This document shows, piece after piece, positions 50,067 through 61,360 of a DNA stretch of 64,000 bases. The position numbers and the translations under genes were made by a program. Every line of letters starts with the position of its first letter. The first letter of the stretch is position 1. The notes beneath the pieces were generated by a model that did no database searches, was not told the DNA's origin, and saw nothing but the letters and a program-made list of their open reading frames with translations. The stretch lies in the NCBI GenBank assembly GCA_977017645.1, contig OZ360233.1, positions 110,422,001 to 110,486,000 of the forward strand, written 5' to 3'. The DNA is from Torpedo marmorata. Lineage: Eukaryota.

Positions 50067-52570
50067 TCTGTATTATCACAATGGGTTGACAAGATGTGTG
50101 ATGCAATTAGATGTGTTTTCACAATATAATATTACATTAATTGCCACAGAATATTCTTATAAGGTAGGAGGATTCTAATTGCTGCATGACACTTTGAGTT
50201 CACAGAGAGTTCAACGAAGGTTCATCACACTAAGTCAGTCTTTCCCAGAACCTCAAAACCATGGTAGATTTATCACCATCAGTCTTCCCTGCCTGCACAA
50301 TAACTTAAGGTTTGGCCCGATCTTAACTACTGAAGAGTTTGATTATCTGCTCTTTCATTCCATTATGATGAACCCTACCATTCACATTTATTACGTAACT
50401 ATAAGGAGAAAATATAGAGACTTTTCCGTGAATTTGTAAAGATTATGTTTCTTGGAGACCTTCGCATTAGTGATGATCTGCACTGTAGCATTCAAATACT
50501 TCAAAAATTACTGAACAAATCTTTTTAAAAAATCCTCCTAAAAAATTTAAATCATTAACCATAGGAATCATCAACTTAAGATAACTTGTCATTTCCAACT
50601 AATAAGAATGAACTGCCAACAAGTCTATAAATTGCAAATTAGTGTGAAAAGCTGTTTGTCCTCCATCCATTCATTAAGGGAAAATCCTACAATGGTGTCC
50701 ATCCAATTCCTGACTGGCTGAGTTTCTCCAGCATAAAAGAAGTTCCCCTCCAGTTTCCTCCCCTTTCTCCTCCCGAGCTTTTATGATGCAATATATAGAC
50801 AAATGTGGCAGGTTCACTGCCATGTCAGTCACTAAAACTGATCACGGATAAGCAAACAGGCCATTTATGAGGTACTGCATTAAACAAAGGTGTTCCTCTC
50901 TTCCAGACATCAAAGATACTTGGGATCTGATTCTAAGTTAATAGTAACTGTAAAAAGCAAGGCAAATGAAGTTACGGACATCAGTATTTTGTGTTAAATA
51001 AGCTTTTATTGCTGAGATGATGCTTTGATAAACCTGCTTTTACTACATTTCTCATCTGTTATGGTTAACATCTTGGTGCTTCATTATTTTGCACTGTCGT
51101 TATATGTCCAGTTATTGTTCCTACTACATAAACTCTGGCTGATAAGAGCTATCTAGTGCCAAGTCATTGTGACCCACTGCAACCAAAGAACATACAAAAT
51201 CCAGACTATAATTATTGTTTGAGTAGTGAAGTTCTTATTTCATGTGCTCCTTGTTTTATCAGAGGTTGTTAACAACTACCAGTTGGTGTTAAAGGTGAGA
51301 CAGTTCTGTACATGAAAGGTCACTATTCGAATCACACCAAATTGCACTCTCAATAGATGGCCAGCAATGATCTAAGGTTGATTTTTATTTCCCTCTAACT
51401 AGTTCTGGAGCTCACAAGGTAAATGTAGCATTCAGCTTCTGTTCATCAGACTTGACACAGACTGGGATCAACCCTAAGATCTTCAAACAATGGTGCTTTA
51501 ACTACTGTCCACTCCAGCTTATTTTAATGTCATAATATTATATGATTTCCATCGAGTATCAAGCACTGAGAGAAATCTGTTTTTGGCCAAGAACCATCAC
51601 AGGTTCTTTCCTTTGTTTGCAAGCCGCTCTCAAATCCATTCCTTGTGCAAGTATTGTTGAGTTGGCCTGCTCTCTGCAGCCGCCCTCCAATCTCGAGATA
51701 AATTTTCACACCACTTGACCGAATTATTTCCATAATCAATCTTCCCAAATTTATACATTTTGTTGACTTAAAAACCATTCTTTTAAACATCAGTTTAAAC
51801 CCATTAAGATCTTTGCAGTGACTTCTGTTTCTAAATTTGGCAATGGCAAGTAAACTGTAAGTTTGATAAAGTGAAAGAATAGGAATTGTGTGGGAATAAA
51901 TAGGAAGGGATCCTCTCAAAGCAAATTAAAAGAACAAAAGTGACAGTGAATACAACATTATATTAAACTGTGTTGCTGGAACAGAAATACATTTAGTAGA
52001 TTTTTTTTACAAACATCATGGATGAACAAAGCGCTGTTTGAAAAGTTTTGTTATTACAGTATTAATGTTTTTTTTTCAGTATCAAAGTGCATTAACTTTA
52101 GCAAGTCAAAGCAGTCAAGCCAGGGATATGTGTTTCTCAAAACCTATCAGCAGCAATAGCTTAAAAACTTTAATCATTTTTTCCTACTTGTGACATTAAA
52201 ATTGTTCTAAGCATGTTTGCTTATTGGATATTTACTCTGCATTAGGAGGGATTCAAAGACTGAAATTTTCACTTTTTGTTTTCAATAGTTATGGGTAACT
52301 GACCTCGGCCCCTCATTCCAAATTCCTAACTCTGGTTCACAGAAAATCAGAGCAAAGAGTGAAGGATAGAACCATAAGTAGAGAAGATCTGCATTCATAA
52401 ATTCAACTGCCGAAACCTGATGAAAGCACTGATCACATCATGTATTATTTTCAGCAGTTCTGCGCTAATCAAAGCCATCAACAAACTTGAAGGAGAGACT
52501 TGTACAACTTTGCGTTTAATGTTATTTTAAAATATTGTTTTCTTTTTGTCACACAACATTTTGTATTGTG

Positions 52571-55500
52571 AAGTAAACACGAAAATCTATAGACACCGTA
52601 ATAATGTAGTAAAAAACACAAAAGCTGGAGAACTCAGCAGGTCAAACAGTGTCTTTTATGTAGCAAAGGTAGAAATACATAACCGACGTTTCGGGCTTGA
52701 GCCCTTCATCAAAGTATGAGAAAATGCCGGCAGGCGTCCGAACAAAGGAGTGAGGGGGGAAGGGGGGTGGCAAAGGCAGGAGATGATAAGTGGAGAAAGG
52801 AGGGAGGGGACAGCAGCAAAGAGGGGGAGGAGGGATGGCTGGGTGGGTGGAAAAAAACAGGAAGGACAGGTGAGGGGGGAGGGGAAGGGAACAACAAGCA
52901 GGTTTAGTGGAAAGCAGAAAAGTCAATGTTAATGCCATCTGGCTGGAGAGTGCCGAGACGGAATATGAGATGTTGTTCCTCCAATTTGCGGGTAGTCTGG
53001 GTGGGATAGTACATGAGGCCATGGACAGACATGTGAGCGTGGGAGTGTGACCCAGAATTGAAATGGTTGGCTACTGGGAGGTCGCTGTTGTTGCGGACGG
53101 AGAGGAGGTGCTCAGCAAAGCGGTCTCCCAATCTACGACCGGTCTCTCCAATGTATAGAAAGCCACAAAGGGAGCACCGGATGCAGTAGATAAGTCCTCT
53201 GGATGTACAAGTGAAGTGTAGTTTCACTTGGAAGGCCTGTTTGGGGCCCTGGACCGTGGTGAGGGGGGAGGTGTGGGCGCAGGTGTTGCACCTCCTGCGG
53301 GCACAGGGGAAGGTGCCGGGGGTGCGATGGGTGGGGAGGGACGAGTGCACGAGTGAATCGCGGAGGGAGCGGTCCCTACAGAAGGCCGAGAGGGGAGGAG
53401 AAGGAAAAATGTGTCTGGTGGTGGGATCCTGCAGCAAGTGCCGGAAATTCCGGCGGATAATGTGTTGGACGCGGAGGCTGGTGGGGTGGTAGGTGAGGAT
53501 GAGGGGTACTCTATGTTTGTTGCGTCTGGGGGCAGAGGGGGCCAGGGCAGATGAGCGGGAAATGGAGGAGATGCGGGTGAGGGCTGAGTTGATGGTGGTG
53601 GAGGGGAAGCCACGTTTGTGGAAAAAGGCAGACATTTCAGAAGATCTGGAGTGGAACACCTCATCTTGGGAACAGATGCGGCGGAGGCGGAGAAATTGAG
53701 AGAAGGGGATGGAGTCCTTGCAGGGGACAGGGTGTGAGGATGTGTAGTCCAGATAGTTGTGGGAGTTGGAGGGTTTGTAGTAAATGTCGGTGGAAAGCTT
53801 GTCTCCCGAGATGGAGACAGAGAGATCCAGGAAGGGGAGAGTGTTATCGGAGATGGACCAGGTGAGTTTGAGATCGTGGTGAAAGTTGGATGCGAAGTGG
53901 ATGAAGTTGACAAGCTCATCGTGGGTGCATGAGGCAGCCCCGATGTAGTCGTCGATATACCGGAGGAAGAGATGAGGGGTCTTGCCTGTGTAGGCTTGCA
54001 GCATGGATTGCTCCACAAAGCCCACAAACAGGCAGGCGTAGCTGGGACCCATGCGGGTACCCATAGCTACTCCTTTGATTTGGAGGAAGTGGGATGAGTT
54101 GAAGGAGAAGTTATTGAGAATGAGGACGTTCTGCCAGGCGGAGGAGGGTGGTGGTAGAGGGTGACTGGTCGGGTCTTTGGTCCAGGAAGAAGCGAAGTGC
54201 TTTCAGACCTTCTGTGTGGGGGATAGAGGTATAAAGGGATTGGACATCCATGGTGAAGATGATGCGGTCCGGTTCAGGGAATCTGAAGTCATTGAGGAGA
54301 TGGAGGGCATGTGAGGTGTCGCGGATGTAGGTGGGGAGGGATTGGACCAGGGGAGAAAAGATGGAGTCAAGGTAAGATGAAACTAGTTCGGTGGGGCAGG
54401 AGCAGGCAGAAACAATGGGTCTGCCCGGTTGGTTGGGTTTGTGTATCTTGGGTAGAAGGTAGAAACGGGCAGTGCGGGGGTGGAGGAGAATGAGGTTGGT
54501 GGCTGTGGAGGGGAGGTGACCGTAGGTGATGAGGTCGGAGATGGTGTTGGAGACAGTGGCTTGATGTGCTGTGGTGGGGTCCTGTGGGAGGGGTAGGTAG
54601 GAGGAGGTGTCTGAGAGTTGTCGACTGGCCTCGGCAAGGTAGAGGTCAGTGCGCCAGACCACAACCGCACCGCCCTTGTCTGCGGGTTTGATGGTGAGGT
54701 TGGGATTCTTGTGGAGAGAGTGGAGGGCAGAGCGTTCTGAGGAAGTGAAGATGGAATACGAGAGGGGGGTGGTGAAGTTGAGACGGTTGATATCTCGGCG
54801 GCAGTTGGAAATAAAAAGGTCCAGAGCGGGCAGCTGCCCGCGCGGGGTGTCCAGGAAGAGGAAGAAGGCTTGAAGCGGGAGAAAGGGTCTAGGATGGGGG
54901 GTGGAGAATCACGGTCATGGAAGTGAGCACGGAGGCGGAGGCGACGGAAGAAGAGTTCGGCATCATGGCGTGCGTGGAACTCGTTGAGGTGTGGGCGGAG
55001 GGGGACGAAGGTGAGGCCTCTACTGAGGACGGAGCGCTCCGTCTCAGAGAGGGGAAGGTCGGAGGGGATAGTAAAAACCAAGCAGGGTTTAGAATGGGGA
55101 TCGGTGTCGTGGAGGGTGTTGGGGGGAGGGGGAGGGTTGGGGGGGTCAGAGGGGGGAGGTGGAGGGTGGGGGAGGTTGGAGGGAGTCGGAGGGGGGAGGT
55201 GGAGGGTAGGGGAGGTAGGAGGGTGGGAGAGGGGGTTAGGGAGGGTAGCCTGAGAGAGGGGGGGGATGGAGGGACGGGAAGGGATGAGGTCTGAGGGTTG
55301 GGGAGGAGAGTGGGGCAGAGAGGGGGAGATGGGGGTGGAGTCGGGAGAGGTGCAGGAGGAGAGGGAAGGAGTAGTGAGGGGGATAGGTAAGTGGGATCTT
55401 GTTGCAGGATGAGGACTCCAGTGGCAGTCAGCGTGGGAGGCTCCAGCAGGTAACAGCCTGTGTCGGGAGTCGGCGGTGGAGGCATCGGGAACTCTGGTGA

Positions 55501-55610
55501 GTAGAGGCTCGGGGTCCGGGCTGGGGTGGGCGGCTGTAGCGTCGGGAGTGCCACAGTGTCGGCGCCCGGGGCGCGGGTAGGAGCAGGCGGCTGCGGCGTG
55601 TCTGAGGCTC
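52571..55610 (-). mobile_element. Penelope-like retroelement (Neptune-type), RT plus GIY-YIG, at least two frameshifts, 5'-truncated
   Basis: VLSRGLTFVP, KPADKG, FYLLPKIHKP, RPIVS, MDVQSLYTSIP, MGPSYA, RYIDD, Cys linker CARRRCNTC, LIYCIRC..YIGETGR. Confidence 0.93.
52678..52718 (-). ncRNA. Minimal hammerhead-ribozyme-like motif (variant core); identical copies at 19337-19377 and 33452-33492
   Basis: CAUACU-UUGAUGA-A-GGGCU-CA-AGCCC-GAAA-C-GUC-GGUUAUG. Confidence 0.55.
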
Positions 55611-56503
55611 ATTTGTGTTTATGCTCACTATGGCAAGTAATGAGGGAGGAGCTGCAAAAAGAACACCCTTCATTGATGTAGCCAACATTCAACTAACAGC
55701 AGTGGCTTGTACAAAAATATACCAAAAAACGAAGTTCATGGTACATGCAATTTCTTAAAGGAACACGCACACTCTTGTACAAAAACTGAAATGCACAGTA
55801 CGTACAATTCCTAAAAGGAACACACACACTCATGTATACTTAAAGAGATGACGATCATTAAGTTTTCTGAAAAACTAAAATACTCTTTTTTCCTACCATA
55901 GAGTTTTCTTTCAAAGAAAAGGTGTAAATTATGCCACCCAAGTTTCCATTACTTGCCATCAAAGCTGTTCATGAGCAAGGCCACAGTAATCAATAGTTCT
56001 ACCAGTAACGGAATCACTTATAAGCATGCTTGGAGATGTAAGCTGCAATAAGGATGAGTAAGTATTGTAGCCAACCGATCAAACTGGAAAATCAGAAAGC
56101 AAGTCTGTTCAAATACAACAAGCGTTCATTTGATCTGATAACTGTACCAAAAGCATGCCAACACCTGGAATCAAATGTATTGGTAACACATCGATGAGCT
56201 ACGCTGAGCTCCTTTAGGGTTAATCGAATAGCACTAGGAAATTGTGCAGGGGCTCTCTTGCTCAATGAACCCATATCTATTCATGTGTTGACGACCACAT
56301 AACTTACGTTTATTATAATGATTTGAGCATTTTAGAGCTAGGCTGACTGAGATTGCAGTCACTGGATGGTCCTGCTAGGCCAAGCATTGCAAAGAGCCTT
56401 CCACCATCACCATCTTTAATAATTAATTCCTAAGACTGGAATGGGATACAGAAAGAAACACTCCTTGTGGTCGAGAAGATTTGGGGGTCTGAAAGAGGAA
56501 CTA

Positions 56504-58285
56504 CCGTATATTTCAGCGTATAAGTCAAGTCTTGAAACCCTCAAAAATCTCTCAAAAAACGGGGGTCAACTTATACGCCGGATATACTTTTGAGACCTTA
56601 AAATCAGCTCAAAAACCAGTCCACACCGATTCGGTGTATAAGTCGACCCTTGAAAACACGATTCGGCGTATAAGTCGACCCTTGAAAAACCAAAAAAAAA
56701 CCCGACTGCAACAAATTTTCATTGACATTTTTATTGAAAACAACAAGACATTTAGAACCCTTCAAAATCACTTTCGCTATCATCGTCTGAGGCAAAGATC
56801 TCGGCAAGCACATCAGGGGTCTCACTGTTTAAACAGTCATCGTACGGGTCGCAGTCTGTATCTGATGAGGCGTCTTCAGCTTCGTCGTCAGTGTCCCACA
56901 ATAAATCATCTTCCGTACCATCAATTGCACAAGAGATACCGCACTTTTTAAATGATTTTATTATAGTTTCTACTTTCACTTTGTCCCATGCCTTGAGCAC
57001 GAAGTCACACAGCACATCAAGCGATGCAGCACGCATTGCCCCGCCTTTTGTAAATGATTTTTCTGCACTCGTCATCCATGTATTCCACTCTTCACGCACG
57101 TGGTCTTTGAATGGCTTATTCAAGCAGACATCGAGAGGTTGCAATATAGACGTCAAACCACCCGGGATAACCGCCATGTAAGTATTATGTTGTGCTAATC
57201 TACTTTTAGTCTTCTCAGTTAAGTGGCTACGAAACATATCCCAGACCAGCAAACTCCGTTCCTTGCGTAAACCACCTGGCCGCCTGTTCCACACATTGTC
57301 TATCCATAGTTTTACACCATTTTCATCCATCCATCCTTTTTCATGAAAATGTACAAAAATACCTGCTGGGAAATTTATTTTAGGTTTAAGTTTGCGCTTG
57401 AAGATTACCATGGGTCTTAACTTTGTCCCATCGGCCATGCACGATAACACCACAGTAAACCTGGTCCTTTCATGGCCTGTACTCCTGGTTTGCACAGTTT
57501 TCACACCTTTCCATTCCACTGTTCTATTGCCTATCATGTCAAAATTCATGGGGGTTTCGTTCATGTTTTCAATATTTGCCAATGCAAACTTGTGTTTCTG
57601 CCGGTTACGTATAATAAACTGGAGAAAACTTACAACTTTATGATCAAGATCTTTTGGTAGTTTCTGAGCAATTTTAGTTTTTTGTCGTAAAACCAGATTT
57701 TTCCTGTTCATGAAACGGTTGCACCAGCCTACTGTAGCTTCAAAATCATTACTGAATTCTGGGTGCGACTTTGCCCAATTCAGTGCAAATGTTCTTATTT
57801 TATTTCGGGTGTCTATGTAGCAATCTTGCCTCTGTTCACGTACCCATGCTGCAACATGATTTTCCAACTCTGGCCAACGAGTGATTCCTCTTCTCATCGA
57901 ACATTGCCTTTTTGGTATTTTTCTTAAAGTATCTTCTTTCTTCCTCCAATCTCTTACCAACTTCTCGTATATATCAAATTTTCTTGCAGCAGCACAGTTG
58001 TTGGTTTTCTTGGCCATTTCTATAACTTTTAATTTAAAACTCGCCTCATACTTTCGTCGTTTCAATTGAGCCTCCATGATAACAATCACCTCCAGCCAAC
58101 GCCCAGCAGCTCAATCAGCGCGATCGTTGTGGGTCGACTTATACGCCGGTCAATGCGCAACATCTCAGGCATCGCGATTTTTGGGGATCGACTTATACGC
58201 CGGATATACAATAAAACCATTAAAATGAGGCTGAAAAAGGGGGGTCGACTTATCTGCCGGTCGACTTATACGCCGAAATATACGG
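56504..58285 (-). mobile_element. Full-length pogo-superfamily DNA transposon (DD35D, Passer/POGK-like)
   Basis: TIR CCGTATATTTC(A/G)GCGTATAAGTC at both ends, TA TSD, subterminal GTCGACTTATACGCCG repeats. Confidence 0.95.
56752..58089 (-). CDS. pogo transposase (BrkDBD, CENP-B-type HTH, DDE_1), uninterrupted ORF
   Basis: RRKYEASFKLKV, GWCNRFMNR, NMNETP, LVWD-x35-D(QPLD) and an acidic tail. Confidence 0.92.
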   Translation of the reverse strand: MIVIMEAQLKRRKYEASFKLKVIEMAKKTNNCAAARKFDIYEKLVRDWRKKEDTLRKIPKRQCSMRRGITRWPELENHVAAWVREQRQDCYIDTRNKIRTFALNWAKSHPEFSNDFEATVGWCNRFMNRKNLVLRQKTKIAQKLPKDLDHKVVSFLQFIIRNRQKHKFALANIENMNETPMNFDMIGNRTVEWKGVKTVQTRSTGHERTRFTVVLSCMADGTKLRPMVIFKRKLKPKINFPAGIFVHFHEKGWMDENGVKLWIDNVWNRRPGGLRKERSLLVWDMFRSHLTEKTKSRLAQHNTYMAVIPGGLTSILQPLDVCLNKPFKDHVREEWNTWMTSAEKSFTKGGAMRAASLDVLCDFVLKAWDKVKVETIIKSFKKCGISCAIDGTEDDLLWDTDDEAEDASSDTDCDPYDDCLNSETPDVLAEIFASDDDSESDFEGF

Positions 58286-59379
58286 TAAGTCTCAGAGAGA
58301 GAACAAAACTTGAAACAAATTGGCTCTTGAAAGAGTTGAGACAGATCACAGGAGCTCATAGATGTGTGACAGAACAAGGAACTAGCACCATCTAGTGGAA
58401 GGGCTGGGAGAACCAGAGGCCTGGAATTGAACCTTGACCACAAACTACTTATACAGAAATTCATATTATAAATGTTTATATACTCGCACTGCACAATAAA
58501 TAGTGACATTAAAGACTTACTCAAAATTCCCGACAAAAATCTCTGGACAAGTATCACACACCACATGTCAGACTTCTCATAATTTGTATGGATATTGCGG
58601 TAATATTAGTTTCTTCTTAAACTTTTAAACTTTAAATTCTGTGTCAATCTTAACCATTGAATTGAATTCTGAATAATGTTAAGAGTTGTGTTAATAAGTA
58701 GGTATTCATTAGAGGAACCAGTGCTATTGGCAAACAAGTCATTTTTACCCTCAAGTCCAATAAATCTTCTCATTTATTATGATTGTAAGACAGCATTTAT
58801 GGTTACTAGACTCAGAGTAATCAAGAACAGCTGAGAGAAAGATAATCGTATTACAGTCTTTTGAAATTTGATAAAGATAATTATGGCTGTGGAAAGGAAC
58901 AGCAACTTTTATTTTAATATATGGCTACATTATGAGTTAAAATAAACTTACCGGTAATTCTTGGACACCTGTTGCCAATTGGCCCCCAAGCTTTTCAGAT
59001 CATTTGGAAACCCACAGATTAGAAACTTATCGGCACACTGCCCTTGATCAGCTTATGAAACAGGGTCAACATGTAGCCAGCAGGGTTAGAGCAATTGATT
59101 AATATCTGAAATAGGCTTCAGGATAGGAAGTGACGGTAAAATCCATGGAATGATTGGAGAGAGAATTGATGAAGTAACAAGGGTGGGAGGGGGTACAATA
59201 AGTTTTAAGTTTTTAATTTTAGGTTTATTTGTTACAAAATACAGTACAGTGAGGAGGGTTTTTCTGTGTGCACACTAATAGGATATCTCTAGCATTCATA
59301 CAGCCATATAAAGGGCATAATTACAGAGTGTCAGATTGCAATGAAAAGATGAATTAGCACCAAGCAAGTGCAGCACTAT

Positions 59380-59525
59380 AGCACTGTTATGGGTTAATTC
59401 AGAAACCTGATGGTTGCAGGAAGAAGCTGTCTTTAAGGCTGTTAGTGTACACTTAAGCCTCCTCCCCGATGGGGGGAGGGAGAAGAGAGTGTATCCGGGC
59501 TGTGATGGATCCTGCAATATGTTCA
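59380..59525 (-). mobile_element. Degraded Rex1-like 3' fragment
   Basis: ILQDPSQPGYTLFSLPPSGRR. Confidence 0.6.
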
Positions 59526-61147
59526 AAATCCAAGTGCACTGAAACAGCACCCATTTACACGGCACTTTTAAAGTAGCACGAACTTCACAAGTCCATCACT
59601 GGGACTTTTGATGCTGAGCGAGGTGAAGAAATTCTTCTACAACACTATTACAAGAAAAAAAAGAGTGAGAAAGCTGGACAAATTTTAGTACTTCAGCATC
59701 TCTCAAAGGTATCGCAATTCAATTCAAGGATTTTTCAAAAAGAAAACAGATATATAACTGGGTTACGGGGCTAGGAAGAGCAGACAAACCATTGAGAGAT
59801 TTGAAACAAAGAATAAGAATTTTACAATCAAAGTTTTGCTTAACTGGGACCTGATTTAAGTAATCAACCACAAAGATGATGGTTAAAGGATAATTTCAGT
59901 TAGGACACAGGCACTATGGTTTTGATGACCTTTTTTACAGAGCAGGATATGTCCTTGAAAGGTAATAACTACAATTCAAATCAATTTTTCCTTCCCAAAA
60001 TCATAGAATGTGCAGCCTTAGTAGCACATCATATAAGACATTTATCTACATAAACACACAAAGAATTTTAAAAAAATATTTTTCAAACCATAATTTTCTT
60101 CCAAAATATGCCCAATACCTCCTGTACAATCTACTCGTTAACATCCCATGCCGATTTCCTGTAATGTGCTCATTCATAGTTATTTATACATAAACAGAGT
60201 AAAATGTACAAGGAATTGTTAGTAAAATATGGGGCAAAATGTGTATTCAGAACAAGGCATTCACTTCACCCAAAATTGGTGAACAATATTTAAAGAAAAT
60301 GACTAGTGGTCATATTGCCACAATTACAAATCTGTTGCAACTATTTTCTCAACAAAAATTGTGGATCATTTACCCAAAAGTCAATGAAAACCGCTGGGAC
60401 CGAACGTCCGGGACCATTACTTGAACCACAATGGAGGAATACAACACAGAGAAACTCTGCACCAGTACCATCTTTGCAGGATAATAGATGGTTGGCAGGG
60501 AGTTGCAAAAGCAGTTATTTAACTAAGCAATTGTGATGACAACTCAAGCCATGAAAAATAACCTCAAGTATTTCATGCACGTCAGCAAATCCTGCATACT
60601 AATTTACTGCTCAAAACATATGGCAAGCGATGCCATACTCTGCTTAGTGTTTTGCAACGCTGATTTAGTTTTGTTACCATTATGTTTATAGGGCACTGGG
60701 AGCAGAAAGGTTGTTCAGAAATCGACAAAAGAACAATGAAATGCTTCAAGGTAGCCCAAAGGTGTAGGGAGGTGACAATCAAACTTGAGGATGTGTAAAG
60801 TTTCCTTGCGAGTACGAACACACATCCAAGAAATTCACCATTACTCTCAGTGGCAGTTACCCAATGAAAAGCAAAACCAGCAAGAGCAATCAGTAAATCA
60901 AAGAATGCAAAAGTGTGGCAATTTCACAGACATCGTAATGGTTTTTTTTCAGGAATCCTCTCAAGTATAGAGAGAACTTTGCTTGTATAGTCACACCTAA
61001 AGTGAAATGGGCTCTTAGTCATTCTCCCACTCATTTCCCACACCTTTGCAAATATATCCCTTTTGAGTACATATATCTGATTCCCTTTATTATTGAACAC
61101 ATTTCCACCAAATTTTCAAGATCACAAGACATTAAAAAAAAATCTTA

Positions 61148-61360
61148 TTTCAAAGTTCAGATTTATTGTCAGAGTACGTACATGACATCACATACAACCC
61201 TGAGATTCTTTTTCATGCAGGCCAGGCAGAATTACCACTTACTGGCAGTGCAGTGCAGAACACTGTACTCAAGAAGATACATACACATGTAAACAAATAA
61301 AGAAATGTAAACAAACTGTGCAATACAGAGAGAAAAAAATCAATAAATTGCAAAAGTAAG
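61148..61360 (-). mobile_element. Rex1-like 3' UTR fragment
   Basis: Reverse complement resembles 40370-40530. Confidence 0.7.

Noticed and set aside
51530-51919. 129-aa ORF as a host gene or exon
   Set aside because: Non-ATG start, no recognisable motif and no convincing splice sites.
54383-55688. Pro-rich or Gly-rich ORFs as host structural proteins
   Set aside because: These are alternative or shifted frames of the low-complexity Penelope 5' region.
56752-58089. Host POGK gene
   Set aside because: Flanked by TIRs and a TA TSD, with no KRAB exon; it is a transposon copy.
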